From a virus: a stretch of 64,000 nucleotides of DNA. The position numbers and the translations under genes are program-made. The first letter of the stretch is position 1; the number at the start of each line of letters is the position of its first letter. Positions 1-9,187 of this stretch are shown piece after piece. Below the pieces are notes generated by a model. That model ran no database searches. It saw nothing but the letters and a program-made list of their open reading frames with translations, and was not told the DNA's origin. Where the stretch lies: positions 1-64,000 of IMG/VR virus record IMGVR_UViG_3300028364_000033, one strand, 5' to 3'.

Positions 1-281
1 ATATGAGCGTATCACCTTTTTTAAAGTCTCGGTCATTTTTTCTAACCTCAAAGGTTTTGTGACCCATAAACACTTCTTCAAAGTATTCGTTCCAAGTTTT
101 AAGCTCGTGTATCATTTCCGTAATTTTTGATAAAACTTTTTAGGTGTAGCGTAATGGTCGCTTTCCCTTGTACCTTGTATTTCTTTATTAAATCTAATCA
201 TATATTTTAGTTTTGCTCTATTAATCCGTACTGCATACAACAATATGTAAAAAACATTAAAACGATTTTTTACACTCAACG

Positions 282-488
282 TTATGTGCAATGTGGCACA
301 AATCCTCTATCGCATTTACATTCAACTTGTACTTGTACAGGTTCAGGCACACCACAACATCCGTAATTTTTATAATTTCCGCAACAATTAGCCTCTATTT
401 CAATAGTATATCCATAACCTTGACAAACACTGCACATAACACCACCTATATGTAATGCCTTGTCTGTGTTTAATTCTGTTTTTTCCAT
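282..488 (-). CDS. hypothetical small Cys-rich protein
   Basis: ORF track; multiple CxxC-like Cys pairs; no recognisable family. Confidence 0.3.
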   Translation of the reverse strand: MEKTELNTDKALHIGGVMCSVCQGYGYTIEIEANCCGNYKNYGCCGVPEPVQVQVECKCDRGFVPHCT

Positions 489-775
489 TCTGTATTCAAC
501 ATATTGGCTCTTTTTTGATAGTTAGAAACCATTTTTTTATAAGTAGAAAAAGCGTATTTTTTAGCTTCTAACTTATTTGTAAATTCCACTATTTTATTTT
601 CATAGTTAAATCTATTATCAAAAATACTTACAACGTAATCTTTATAAATATCATTAGAATCAATAGTTACTAAAGCAGTTTCTAAACCACATTCAACAGT
701 ATAAATAGTTTCACTTTCCATTCTTCCAGTAACGTTAGTCTCTTTAGTTGTTTTAACAGTTACTTCATCATTCAT
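470..775 (-). CDS. hypothetical protein
   Basis: ORF track; same strand and tight packing with neighbours. Confidence 0.35.
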   Translation of the reverse strand: MNDEVTVKTTKETNVTGRMESETIYTVECGLETALVTIDSNDIYKDYVVSIFDNRFNYENKIVEFTNKLEAKKYAFSTYKKMVSNYQKRANMLNTEWKKQN

Positions 776-1071
776 TAAAGAATCTAATTTGTTTTCTAAT
801 TGTGTTTCTGTAATTTCAATTCCGTTTTCGTTATAAGTTGTCAGTTGTCATAATGTTTGTTTTAGTTTCGTTGATTACTTTCAACACTACAAATATAAGC
901 ATATACTTAACACTAACCTAATGTTTTTGCATTTATTTTCAGTTTATACTTAAACTTTAACATTTCGTTAGGTTTTGCTACGCAATTTACCATCGCTCGA
1001 AAAGAAAACTAAAAATAACGTACCTGTATAAAAAATCGTTTTAATGTTTTTTTATACAGGTACGTTATGTG

Positions 1072-1356
1072 TTATTCTAGCGGATAACCATTAGTAACTG
1101 TGTGTCCAGTATCTAATCGCTCAAAGTCCACTATTGTTTGTGGTGGTTCGTCCATACATCCGCAACCTTCTCGGTGCATATACTCGTGTTCGCCAAACTT
1201 TATTTTTTCCTTGCAAAAAGAACAACACATAACATCAGCTATACGTAATTGCTCTTTTAGTTTTTCTAATTCGTTTATAGACATACCTACATTTCCTCTA
1301 TCTGGGTAGTTTAACCATTTAATGATAAGGTTTATTTTTTCTTCTACTGTTTTCAT
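1072..1356 (-). CDS. hypothetical Cys-rich (zinc-binding-like) protein
   Basis: ORF track; CCSFC...HxxGCGC motifs. Confidence 0.35.
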   Translation of the reverse strand: MKTVEEKINLIIKWLNYPDRGNVGMSINELEKLKEQLRIADVMCCSFCKEKIKFGEHEYMHREGCGCMDEPPQTIVDFERLDTGHTVTNGYPLE

Positions 1357-1444
1357 TCTGTATTTATTTACTAAATTATTTTTCTACTCAACGCAACTAC
1401 GCATAGCCAAACACGTTAGCACAAATACTAAGGAAGTGCTTCGA

Positions 1445-1858
1445 TTAATCCCATATCCCAATTCTCCATTTATCTGAACTATAATTTATAGGTTTTGCTC
1501 TATGTTTATTTATTGAACCAAAACTACTATAAACAACTTGTACGGGAATTGTTTTTAAACCTAATTTAATTGCAATACATAATCGATGATTTCCTTCAAC
1601 AATTAAACCCTTACCACTATTAATTTGTAATTTTATTGGTATTTTAATTCCATTTTCTTTTATATCAATGGTTAATTTTTCAATATATTCATCACCATAT
1701 AAATTATCATCACCACATCTATCAAACTCACGATATTGCCACATAAAATCAACAGGTACATCATATATATCCATCATTTTTCTATATGTTGGGTCTAAAT
1801 ACTTGTTTTCGTTAAGATATTCTCTAATCGTGGTTGCTATAAATTTTCTTAGTTCCAT
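1445..1858 (-). CDS. ParB-like nuclease (ParBc/sulfiredoxin-fold) domain protein
   Basis: motif GLIVEGNHRLCIAIKLG resembles ParB N-terminal domain G-x-HR-x-A motif. Confidence 0.45.
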   Translation of the reverse strand: MELRKFIATTIREYLNENKYLDPTYRKMMDIYDVPVDFMWQYREFDRCGDDNLYGDEYIEKLTIDIKENGIKIPIKLQINSGKGLIVEGNHRLCIAIKLGLKTIPVQVVYSSFGSINKHRAKPINYSSDKWRIGIWD

Positions 1859-2015
1859 ATTCTTAAATAGTTTAATCTATATATAAATATCCCAAAATAA
1901 AAAATTAGACCAAATAAACCGTACTGTGTATAATAAAGTTTGCTATCAAGTTCGGTGGTAATTTGAAAGTTTATTAAAAGCAAACCTTCTCACACACCAA
2001 CCGTCAGTATTAACA

Positions 2016-2297
2016 CTACGTCCATAGTGCTAATCTAATTTTCATCAACCTATTAAGCATCTCATTATCTTCGTCATCATTATCAAATGAATCATCTTTT
2101 TTGCGTTTAACCCACCATTTGTAAAGTAATCTTACTTCATCTACAAAGTCCTTGTGTGCTTCATAGTTGCAATCGGTATCAACATTTTCTTTTTCAACGC
2201 AATCTTTTAATATCTGAAAACAAGCGTGCAACATTATGTGGTCTCTATCAACCCATTGCTTTGCATTTGGTAAACTATCAATTTTTAATATTCTCAT
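2016..2297 (-). CDS. hypothetical protein
   Basis: ORF track. Confidence 0.35.
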   Translation of the reverse strand: MRILKIDSLPNAKQWVDRDHIMLHACFQILKDCVEKENVDTDCNYEAHKDFVDEVRLLYKWWVKRKKDDSFDNDDEDNEMLNRLMKIRLALWT

Positions 2298-2308
2298 AAT
2301 TTTAAATT

Positions 2309-3517
2309 TTATGTGGTTTTTATGCCAAGTTCAAAATTTTCATTTATAAAATCTATAATTTCCTGTGAATCAGAACTAGATTTGAACATTAAATTATATC
2401 CGTGCTTATCTAAATACACAGCCTTTATATCCCCAAAATTTGCTAAATTATTTACTGTATTCATACCACATTCTAAACTACCGCATTGAAATTTCTTTTG
2501 TGATGCCACTGGTACCTCACTAGCCTCTTTTAGCGGTGTATGTGTGTGAATAATACAATCATAACCTGGATTATCCTCGAACATCATCCATTGGCTCCTA
2601 GCACCCACTGATGGCTTATGAGTTCCGTAAGCGGTGAATACATTATCGTTTACCGCAACGTTTGTCATACCGTTTATAAAAACATCATTATGGTTCACTT
2701 TTCTTTGCGAAGAAATAAAACTTTTATCCGATGTTTTATAGCAGAAATGACCTGGAGTAAACCCATTACCATTATTTACTATAAAACCATTGTTATCAAC
2801 CAAGTACTTTAAAACTTCTTTAAATGTTTGTGGTGCACTCTTATCAACTATAACGTTTTTAATATTAACCAATTCAGTTCTATTATAGGTTAAATCATGT
2901 CTATCAAGTATTATCCTACTTAATTCTTTTAGAGTTTTACCTCTTGATTTATATACATATTTAGATTCTTCTGGTGTTATGATTATGTTTTTCCTAGTCA
3001 CAGTATCGTTAGCTAGAACCAAATTACACTTACTGCGCTTCATCATCTTTAAACCAGTTAAAAACTGGTCCTCATCAGATGCATTTGTAGTCGTTTTAAA
3101 GCCAATTAAGAATATGTCTGGTCTAGTAAGTCTAATCTTGTCTATAATCTTCTTAGATGGTGTTAAAGTAAGTGTAATATCACCATCGGATGTTTTTAGA
3201 CGTTCACCATGGAATCCAGCTTCATCGTCAATTACATTGTAGTCACAGAATGCAACGTTTAAAACAATTGTTTTTACGTTTTCATCTAATATTAAATTAT
3301 CAATAAGTAATTCAACATCCTCATTGGTAACCAATTTTGATTTTTTAAAGGCCATCTTCGTATAATGTGTAATAACCTCATACTTATTTGAATCCGACAT
3401 ACTGGTTAAGTATTTCGACATAACCCTAGCCGTTGTACCAAAAGCTGGTGCGCATAGTGATAAATGATTTCTAACTGGTGAAAATGTTCCACCACCGATA
3501 ACTACTATTTTTTTCAT
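2309..3517 (-). CDS. two-domain hypothetical protein; N-terminal DFP/CoaB-like Rossmann motif, C-terminal class-II-aldolase-like HTHTP motif
   Basis: N-term IVVIGGGTFSPVRNHL...FGTTA resembles CoaB GGT-EPIDPVR-ISN-SSGK-G; C-term IIHTHTP resembles class II aldolase/epimerase metal-binding motif. Weak. Confidence 0.35.
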   Translation of the reverse strand: MKKIVVIGGGTFSPVRNHLSLCAPAFGTTARVMSKYLTSMSDSNKYEVITHYTKMAFKKSKLVTNEDVELLIDNLILDENVKTIVLNVAFCDYNVIDDEAGFHGERLKTSDGDITLTLTPSKKIIDKIRLTRPDIFLIGFKTTTNASDEDQFLTGLKMMKRSKCNLVLANDTVTRKNIIITPEESKYVYKSRGKTLKELSRIILDRHDLTYNRTELVNIKNVIVDKSAPQTFKEVLKYLVDNNGFIVNNGNGFTPGHFCYKTSDKSFISSQRKVNHNDVFINGMTNVAVNDNVFTAYGTHKPSVGARSQWMMFEDNPGYDCIIHTHTPLKEASEVPVASQKKFQCGSLECGMNTVNNLANFGDIKAVYLDKHGYNLMFKSSSDSQEIIDFINENFELGIKTT

Positions 3518-3858
3518 ATATTTTTTATTTTGATTTTTAAAAATTCTAGGATTTCGATACCTCTTTCCGTTATTTTATCAGCCATATCTGGGTTATATAA
3601 TGGGAATGTATCATAATTAAATTCACTCGTTTCAATATCAACAAAATACTCTTTATTTTCTGGTTCAATATTATAAACTTCAATAATTTCTAGATATAAA
3701 GCCATATAATGACACATTGGGTGAATTTTATCTGCTAATCCGTTATGTCCATTATTTCTAATACAAAATAACGAAATTTGTCTAATAGTTTCAGCATCTG
3801 TTACGCTAAAATTTTCTAATTTATACATTTCCTCAACTGTCATTATTTTATCACCCAT
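3514..3858 (-). CDS. hypothetical protein
   Basis: ORF track, overlaps upstream gene stop by 4 nt (operon-like). Confidence 0.35.
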   Translation of the reverse strand: MGDKIMTVEEMYKLENFSVTDAETIRQISLFCIRNNGHNGLADKIHPMCHYMALYLEIIEVYNIEPENKEYFVDIETSEFNYDTFPLYNPDMADKITERGIEILEFLKIKIKNI

Positions 3859-3863
3859 TTGTT

Positions 3864-4151
3864 CTATTTTTTACTTTCTTTTCTTATTCCAAAATATGTT
3901 CCTACTGTACCCCCGATTAAAAATGCTAATATCGGTATTAATTGCCCTTCCATAATTGAGTTGGCACCTATTGACATAGATACCAACCAACTAAGCCCAA
4001 TACCGTTTCCAGTTATAATTGAGGCGAGCATTCTTCGTTCCGATGTGTATATTACATTAAGAGTTCTTAAAAATATAAAAATTATTTGAGATATCAAAAC
4101 AACTAGTGCCGAATAATACTCATTCTGCAATATTTCGGACATACTTACCAT
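3864..4151 (-). CDS. small membrane protein (2-3 predicted TM helices)
   Basis: hydrophobic stretches ALVVLISQIIFIF and GIGLSWLVSMSIGA; ILAFLIGGTVGTYFGI. Confidence 0.4.
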   Translation of the reverse strand: MVSMSEILQNEYYSALVVLISQIIFIFLRTLNVIYTSERRMLASIITGNGIGLSWLVSMSIGANSIMEGQLIPILAFLIGGTVGTYFGIRKESKK

Positions 4152-4405
4152 TTTATTTCATAATAAATCTTTTCTCTTGGGTCAGATGGTAATTTTTTTT
4201 TAACCCCAAAACCCCTACTTGCCAACTCCTTAATAGTTAAGTTATCTAAATTGATATAGATATTTACGCTATTTTTATTTTGGTGATTACTTTTAAGTTT
4301 AGAAACTATTAACATTTCACATTCCTTTATCTGATTTAGGACGTGTTTGTCTAATATTTCACTGGCGGTTTTCCTGGCCCATTCTGCTGTAATACTTTTA
4401 TCCAT
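4145..4405 (-). CDS. hypothetical protein
   Basis: ORF track. Confidence 0.35.
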   Translation of the reverse strand: MDKSITAEWARKTASEILDKHVLNQIKECEMLIVSKLKSNHQNKNSVNIYINLDNLTIKELASRGFGVKKKLPSDPREKIYYEIKW

Positions 4406-4407
4406 GA

Positions 4408-5538
4408 TTATAATATTTTATAAAGTTTTTTATTGTCGTAATTAAACATAAATTCACTAACTGATTCAACCTTTTTATCCTTAAGGGAGAAAAATAATCC
4501 ACTAAACTCAGCAACACCCATTTTCTTTGAAATCTCGAAAACTTTCATTGCAAATTTCTTTTGTTCTTGTTTAGTTATATTCTTTGGTAAAGATGTTTTA
4601 ATTTCTTCCCAAGTCGAATTTAAGTCACTAATCAATTTATCATAATTAGCCTTTAGCTTTTTAATTTCTTCAAGTCTTTCTGGAAATGTTGCCCCGAACT
4701 CATCTATCTCATTGGTTTTAACAACCCCAAGTATGTTGTGCTCACCAGTTTTTGATTTTAAATGGTGAACTGCCAGGTAAGCTGGGTTTTTAATTTTAAT
4801 CCTATTATGGTAGCCATCAACTACAACATAACCCTCATCGGTCCATGGCATACCCTCTAGGGTCCTAATTAAGGCACCACTATCAGTAACGTTTAAATCA
4901 TATGATTTAACCACTGGTAATCCAATCAAATGACCCAATTGAATCAACTCATCATATGATATTTCTTGTAAGGTTTTAACATTTCTGACAGTTAATAGAG
5001 TAATTGAAGATATAGCGTGTGGTTTCACAACTATATTATAAGGTGTTGTTAATTCGAAAACAAAGTTATAATCTTTATTTAATGTATTTAAATCAAAGTT
5101 ATACTTAGTTTCCATAATATCCATGAACAGTGAGTGAAAAGTCGAACCTAACTTGTTATTAACTTCACCTTCTCCTTGTATCATACCACTTGTGGCAGCA
5201 AACCATTTATTATTATATGAATATAATGTTATTAAGGAGCCGTCCAACTTCTCCAATATATGCGCAGTAGACCAATCTATTTTGGCAGCATAACCCTCAG
5301 CACTGTTGAAGAATTTAAAAAAGGGTAAACATAAAACCCTTAATGTTTTTTTCTCTAATATAAGACCCCTACATTCTTGTACTTCTGGAATCCCCATATT
5401 AGATTCGATTTGGTTATATTTTAATAATATTCGCTCACCATCGTCTTTACATATTAATTTAAAATCAGATATTGCTTTATCTAACCCATATTTTCTAATA
5501 TATTTTACTATTTTTAACATAATTTTTTTATTTAACAC
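4408..5538 (-). CDS. rnlA: RNA ligase 1 (T4 RnlA-like, Rnl1 family)
   Basis: Lysine nucleotidyltransferase motif I ILEKLDGSL (T4 Rnl1 ILTKEDGSL), ECRGLILE (T4 ECRGIMFE), KFFN, EGYVVV and RIKIKNPAY (T4 EGYVAV, HFKIKSDWY); similar length (376 vs 374 aa). Confidence 0.85.
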   Translation of the reverse strand: MLNKKIMLKIVKYIRKYGLDKAISDFKLICKDDGERILLKYNQIESNMGIPEVQECRGLILEKKTLRVLCLPFFKFFNSAEGYAAKIDWSTAHILEKLDGSLITLYSYNNKWFAATSGMIQGEGEVNNKLGSTFHSLFMDIMETKYNFDLNTLNKDYNFVFELTTPYNIVVKPHAISSITLLTVRNVKTLQEISYDELIQLGHLIGLPVVKSYDLNVTDSGALIRTLEGMPWTDEGYVVVDGYHNRIKIKNPAYLAVHHLKSKTGEHNILGVVKTNEIDEFGATFPERLEEIKKLKANYDKLISDLNSTWEEIKTSLPKNITKQEQKKFAMKVFEISKKMGVAEFSGLFFSLKDKKVESVSEFMFNYDNKKLYKIL

Positions 5539-5593
5539 AAAGATAATGAAAAAAATGGAAACTACCTAAATAATTTCCATTTTTTATTAATAA

Positions 5594-5833
5594 TTAATTT
5601 GGTAGAATTAGTGGTGTCCAATGGGTTATTTTATTACCCATAACCCTTTCACCATCATAATCGAAATACCACTCTGGTTCTTCACCATCTTCATAGTAAA
5701 GTTTTAGTGTTACGGATTCACACCAGTATTCGGAACCATTTCTAAAAAATGCTATAACTTTTTGACTACTTTTAAAATCACCATCTTCAATATCCATTGC
5801 TGGTAATTTATCTAACACACTTACCCAATTCAT
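5594..5833 (-). CDS. hypothetical protein
   Basis: ORF track. Confidence 0.35.
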   Translation of the reverse strand: MNWVSVLDKLPAMDIEDGDFKSSQKVIAFFRNGSEYWCESVTLKLYYEDGEEPEWYFDYDGERVMGNKITHWTPLILPN

Positions 5834-5838
5834 AATTG

Positions 5839-6222
5839 TTATTTTAATTTATCACCCAAATTAGTACCTAAATCATCATTATTTTCATCATCATCATCAT
5901 CATCATCATTATCTTCTTCCGACATTTTTTCATCAATCTTATTTTTAAGTTGATTTAATAGTTCGCTTAATTCACCCTCATCCTTTGGAGCTAGGTGACT
6001 AAATGACATCTGGGCATCTAATATTTTTTTAGCGGAGAACATACCACATATTTCACCAAATAACATTACATCGTCTTTGTCGTGAATTAAACCACTAATT
6101 AGTATCATGAAATCACCAATACTATTTATAATGTAATCACCACTAACTTGACCCTCTTCATGTAGACCAAAACCCATTTTGAATATCTTATCACTTAACT
6201 CTTCGTGTCTTTTATTTTCCAT
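5839..6222 (-). CDS. hypothetical acidic protein with poly-Asp tract
   Basis: C-terminal EEDNDDDDDDDENNDD low-complexity acidic tail. Confidence 0.4.
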   Translation of the reverse strand: MENKRHEELSDKIFKMGFGLHEEGQVSGDYIINSIGDFMILISGLIHDKDDVMLFGEICGMFSAKKILDAQMSFSHLAPKDEGELSELLNQLKNKIDEKMSEEDNDDDDDDDENNDDLGTNLGDKLK

Positions 6223-7023
6223 CTATTTAAATATTTGCTCTGTTATTATTCCACTTAAAACTATGTAATTTTCAAGTACTTTGTACTCTGTAATATCATT
6301 TGACATTACTGGCTTACCACCAGCATTTACATTTACCGCAATGGTTATATGTGCAATTTTGTTATCCGTATGATAACCCTGAACGTGAACAGCTAAAGCC
6401 ATATCACTTGAACCAACGGCAACGGCCTTGATGTTCTTGGTGGAACCTAAGTCACCACGCAAGTTATCAGGCAAACCCTTACCAAAGTTAATGGTCATGT
6501 GGTGTGCGAAAACTTTCCAACCCTCTGGTATCAAGTGCCCAACGGCACCCAACAACTTTGATTTAGACTTATCATCCAATACCAATGAGGCAAACTTTGT
6601 TTTTCTATTTCTATCCTTACTTTCCATAACTTTTTTTATTGTTAATTCACCAACACCACCGTGTGATGCTATCATACCGTTAATTGTTTCTAAACCCACG
6701 TTGTGAGTATTTCTAGCAGCTAGACCTTCAGCTAACAACCCACCAGTACCAACATCCTCAAATCTAATGTTTTTATCGGCAAACCCCATTTCTAGAGCAG
6801 CTTTAACATATTTCTTTGGTTCGTTAGCCTTAATGTTCGTATTATCGATTACGCATGGGGTTATACCTTCTAACATAGATTTCTTAGCATTAAGGAAGTT
6901 CTTGTGGTGCATTTTACCATGCTCGGACCAATCTCCAGATTCAACCATTCTTTTGAAATAGGCATTGTAGTCACCAGTAACCTCAATAAGGTCATCAGTG
7001 GAGTGTATAATACCCTCGCCCAC
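6223..7023 (-). CDS. polynucleotide-kinase-like domain fused to 2H phosphoesterase (LigT/CPDase-like); P-loop lies upstream of an in-frame TAA (see findings)
   Basis: two HxTx motifs (HHMTINFG, AHITIAVN) typical of 2H phosphoesterases; VIDNTN kinase-family motif; GVPGSGKST-type P-loop is encoded immediately upstream (7042-7077) but interrupted by TAA; track ORF begins at a GTG. Confidence 0.6.
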   Translation of the reverse strand: MGEGIIHSTDDLIEVTGDYNAYFKRMVESGDWSEHGKMHHKNFLNAKKSMLEGITPCVIDNTNIKANEPKKYVKAALEMGFADKNIRFEDVGTGGLLAEGLAARNTHNVGLETINGMIASHGGVGELTIKKVMESKDRNRKTKFASLVLDDKSKSKLLGAVGHLIPEGWKVFAHHMTINFGKGLPDNLRGDLGSTKNIKAVAVGSSDMALAVHVQGYHTDNKIAHITIAVNVNAGGKPVMSNDITEYKVLENYIVLSGIITEQIFK

Positions 7024-7184
7024 TAATTCTTTAGCTCTAGTTGATTTCCCACTACCTGGTTACGGTACCCCTCTCATGATAATCAATATCTGAGAGGGGC
7101 GAGTGATTTTAATATTTAAACTATTATGTGAGATATCCTCACGTAAAATTTTTCTTATATTATTTTTCATATTTTTTTATAAAT

Positions 7185-7964
7185 TTATTTTTTTAATCGT
7201 TTCCATAATGGGGTTTTCTCACCATTATGTTGTCTATGGATTTCTCTCATTCTTCTAACACACATAAGCACATAAGTTTTAGAATTAAATCCATAAGAAC
7301 CAATGGCCCACATGTCATTAACCTCAACCAAACAAGTCTTACCTTCCTTAGTTATGCCCACATCCAATGTGTAAGCACAATTTGCTGATTCATAATCCTT
7401 TATCATATTCTCGATAACACTAACATCTGGAAATAATTTAAAATCCCCTGTGTAGTGTTGAATACCTTTCAATTCACCCTCATGAACGAAACATCTATGT
7501 TCTGAAACAAATTCTAGTATTTCACTACAATATAATGGTGTATCATCCTCAACATTATAATAATCCCTCAAGAAATCAAAACCTAAGTTGTTTTCAATTA
7601 CACAACCAGTAAATAATTTAACACCTTCACTAGGTTTAATGAATATTGGGAACTTACCCTTTGATACCACATGCTCAAATGTTGTTTCTATAATCTCCCT
7701 ACCTAAGTATTCACTTAATTCCATTGGATACCCTAGATACTTTGGTGTTTTTACACCACAAGCTTTAAAAAACTCGGTACTGGCCTGTACAGAACCTATT
7801 ACGATATCATCACTTAAGTTTAATACTCTATTGGTTAATGTATTCTCCATATCATCACCATCGAATGGTATAATTGTAAATCCCATCTGTTTTAATGGTT
7901 CAACTGACATATAAACAAAGTCATCCAACCACTCTCCACCTATTTTTTCTAAATATGCTTTCAT
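7185..7964 (-). CDS. ATP-grasp fold protein
   Basis: FPIFIKPSEG (ATP-grasp K-loop like PVVVKP), CLVEVND (Mg/ATP-binding E-x-N), overall RimK/Ddl-like layout. Confidence 0.5.
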   Translation of the reverse strand: MKAYLEKIGGEWLDDFVYMSVEPLKQMGFTIIPFDGDDMENTLTNRVLNLSDDIVIGSVQASTEFFKACGVKTPKYLGYPMELSEYLGREIIETTFEHVVSKGKFPIFIKPSEGVKLFTGCVIENNLGFDFLRDYYNVEDDTPLYCSEILEFVSEHRCFVHEGELKGIQHYTGDFKLFPDVSVIENMIKDYESANCAYTLDVGITKEGKTCLVEVNDMWAIGSYGFNSKTYVLMCVRRMREIHRQHNGEKTPLWKRLKK

Positions 7965-7967
7965 ATC

Positions 7968-8324
7968 TTACATTAATTTAGCACCATAAATATAAGCGTT
8001 TGGATTTACTTGTAAACCAAATTCTTCATGTTCACCAACCATAATCATAACTTCACTGGTGACACCTTTTATAACACTTGGCTCAAGGTTAACTATGAAT
8101 GGACATTGAATACCTATAAGAGATTCTGGTTCACTTGTTTTACCTAAATTAGTGAAAGCTGTTTTTGTTACCTCTTCACCATCTAAATCACCAAATTGAA
8201 CTGTTAATTTAATCCCATAACTTTTAGGTATACACTCAGCACCTATAATTAATCCAACTCTAATATCTAATTGTTTTGAAATTTCTAAAAATTTATCAAA
8301 ACTTATTTTTTCTTTAATTTCCAT
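7968..8324 (-). CDS. tRNA-binding domain protein (Trbp111/CsaA/EMAP-II-like OB fold)
   Basis: LDIRVGLIIGAECIPKSYGIKLTVQFGDLDGEE matches the tRNA-binding domain signature L-D-hRVG-I-E-E-HP-ADKL-V-VD-G. Confidence 0.6.
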   Translation of the reverse strand: MEIKEKISFDKFLEISKQLDIRVGLIIGAECIPKSYGIKLTVQFGDLDGEEVTKTAFTNLGKTSEPESLIGIQCPFIVNLEPSVIKGVTSEVMIMVGEHEEFGLQVNPNAYIYGAKLM

Positions 8325-8326
8325 AA

Positions 8327-8728
8327 TTATTCGTTTCCAAAAAGGTTAATATTTACTCCCATACTCTCCAATGATTCAAAAACCATTAAATTCCATTTAC
8401 CAAAGGAACCTAAATATAGGTCCTGATAAATACACCACTTAACAACATGAGGCTCATCGGTTGATATTTCACCACTCCAATCCTTTATGAGGTAAGTGTA
8501 CCCCATATAACCATCTCGATGCATACTGAAAACTTGTATGGCTGTTGACATGTCTACGTCTAACCCAGTTTCCTCTTTAACTTCCCTTATAATGGCGGAT
8601 TCCAATGATTCATCATCATCATCCACTTTTCCACCTGGAAGTCCCATATCATTATGGTCTTTTTTTCTGGAAACACCTAATACGTGACCAGTTTTATTTA
8701 ATAGTACAGCTTGAACAGTATATTTCAT
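8327..8728 (-). CDS. Nudix hydrolase
   Basis: Nudix box GLPGGKVDDDDESLESAIIREVKEETGL (Gx5Ex7REUxEExGU). Confidence 0.75.
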   Translation of the reverse strand: MKYTVQAVLLNKTGHVLGVSRKKDHNDMGLPGGKVDDDDESLESAIIREVKEETGLDVDMSTAIQVFSMHRDGYMGYTYLIKDWSGEISTDEPHVVKWCIYQDLYLGSFGKWNLMVFESLESMGVNINLFGNE

Positions 8729-9123
8729 TAGTATAATCTTAAACGTTTAGTTAATTTATCTATTTCGACCGATTTATTAGGTCCTATTGCAGCACACGTT
8801 ATCGTTGGGGTACCATTGAATTCCGTTCTACCCTTATCTATTATTACGTGAGCCTCAAGTCCAGCTTCTTTCGCTTTTTTAACTAAATTTAATAACTTAT
8901 CTTCACTATCTATTTTCAGACAAACTTTAGTATGACCTGTTTTTAACCAGTTAAGGGCATCATCGGACATATTCACATTATTTTTGTGTTTTCCCTGTGC
9001 CATGATTTGTTTTAATATAAATGACATGGAAACATGACTGACCTGGGCCGCAAGTTTACCGATACTCATGTCCAAATCTTTTCTAATTATTATAACTTGT
9101 TTAACTTCTGACATAATTTTCAT
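8728..9123 (-). CDS. peptidyl-tRNA hydrolase, PTH2 family
   Basis: KQVIIIRKDLDMSIGKLAAQVSHVS matches PTH2 core ([24 protein letters not shown]). Confidence 0.7.
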   Translation of the reverse strand: MKIMSEVKQVIIIRKDLDMSIGKLAAQVSHVSMSFILKQIMAQGKHKNNVNMSDDALNWLKTGHTKVCLKIDSEDKLLNLVKKAKEAGLEAHVIIDKGRTEFNGTPTITCAAIGPNKSVEIDKLTKRLRLY

Positions 9124-9134
9124 TTATAGGTCAA

Positions 9135-9163
9135 ATATAGTGAATAAAAACTTATGAAACAAA
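9135..9163 (-). promoter_or_regulatory. sigma70-type promoter TTGTTT-N17-TATATT upstream of PTH2-Nudix-tRNA-binding-ATP-grasp operon
   Basis: family motif caaatatagtg...aaacaa; immediately after terminator at 9167-9187. Confidence 0.4.
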
Positions 9164-9166
9164 AAA

Positions 9167-9187
9167 AACCACTAAAAAGTGGTTTTT
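9167..9187. terminator. bidirectional terminator AACCAC-TAAAAA-GTGGTT
   Basis: 6-bp stem, A-run/T-run flanks. Confidence 0.45.

Noticed and set aside
7066-7099. Hairpin CCCCTCTCA...TGAGAGGGG as a rho-independent terminator
   Set aside because: No adequate U-run on either strand. It contains the ATG of the kinase-CPDase reading frame, so it is more likely a translational-control or processing structure.
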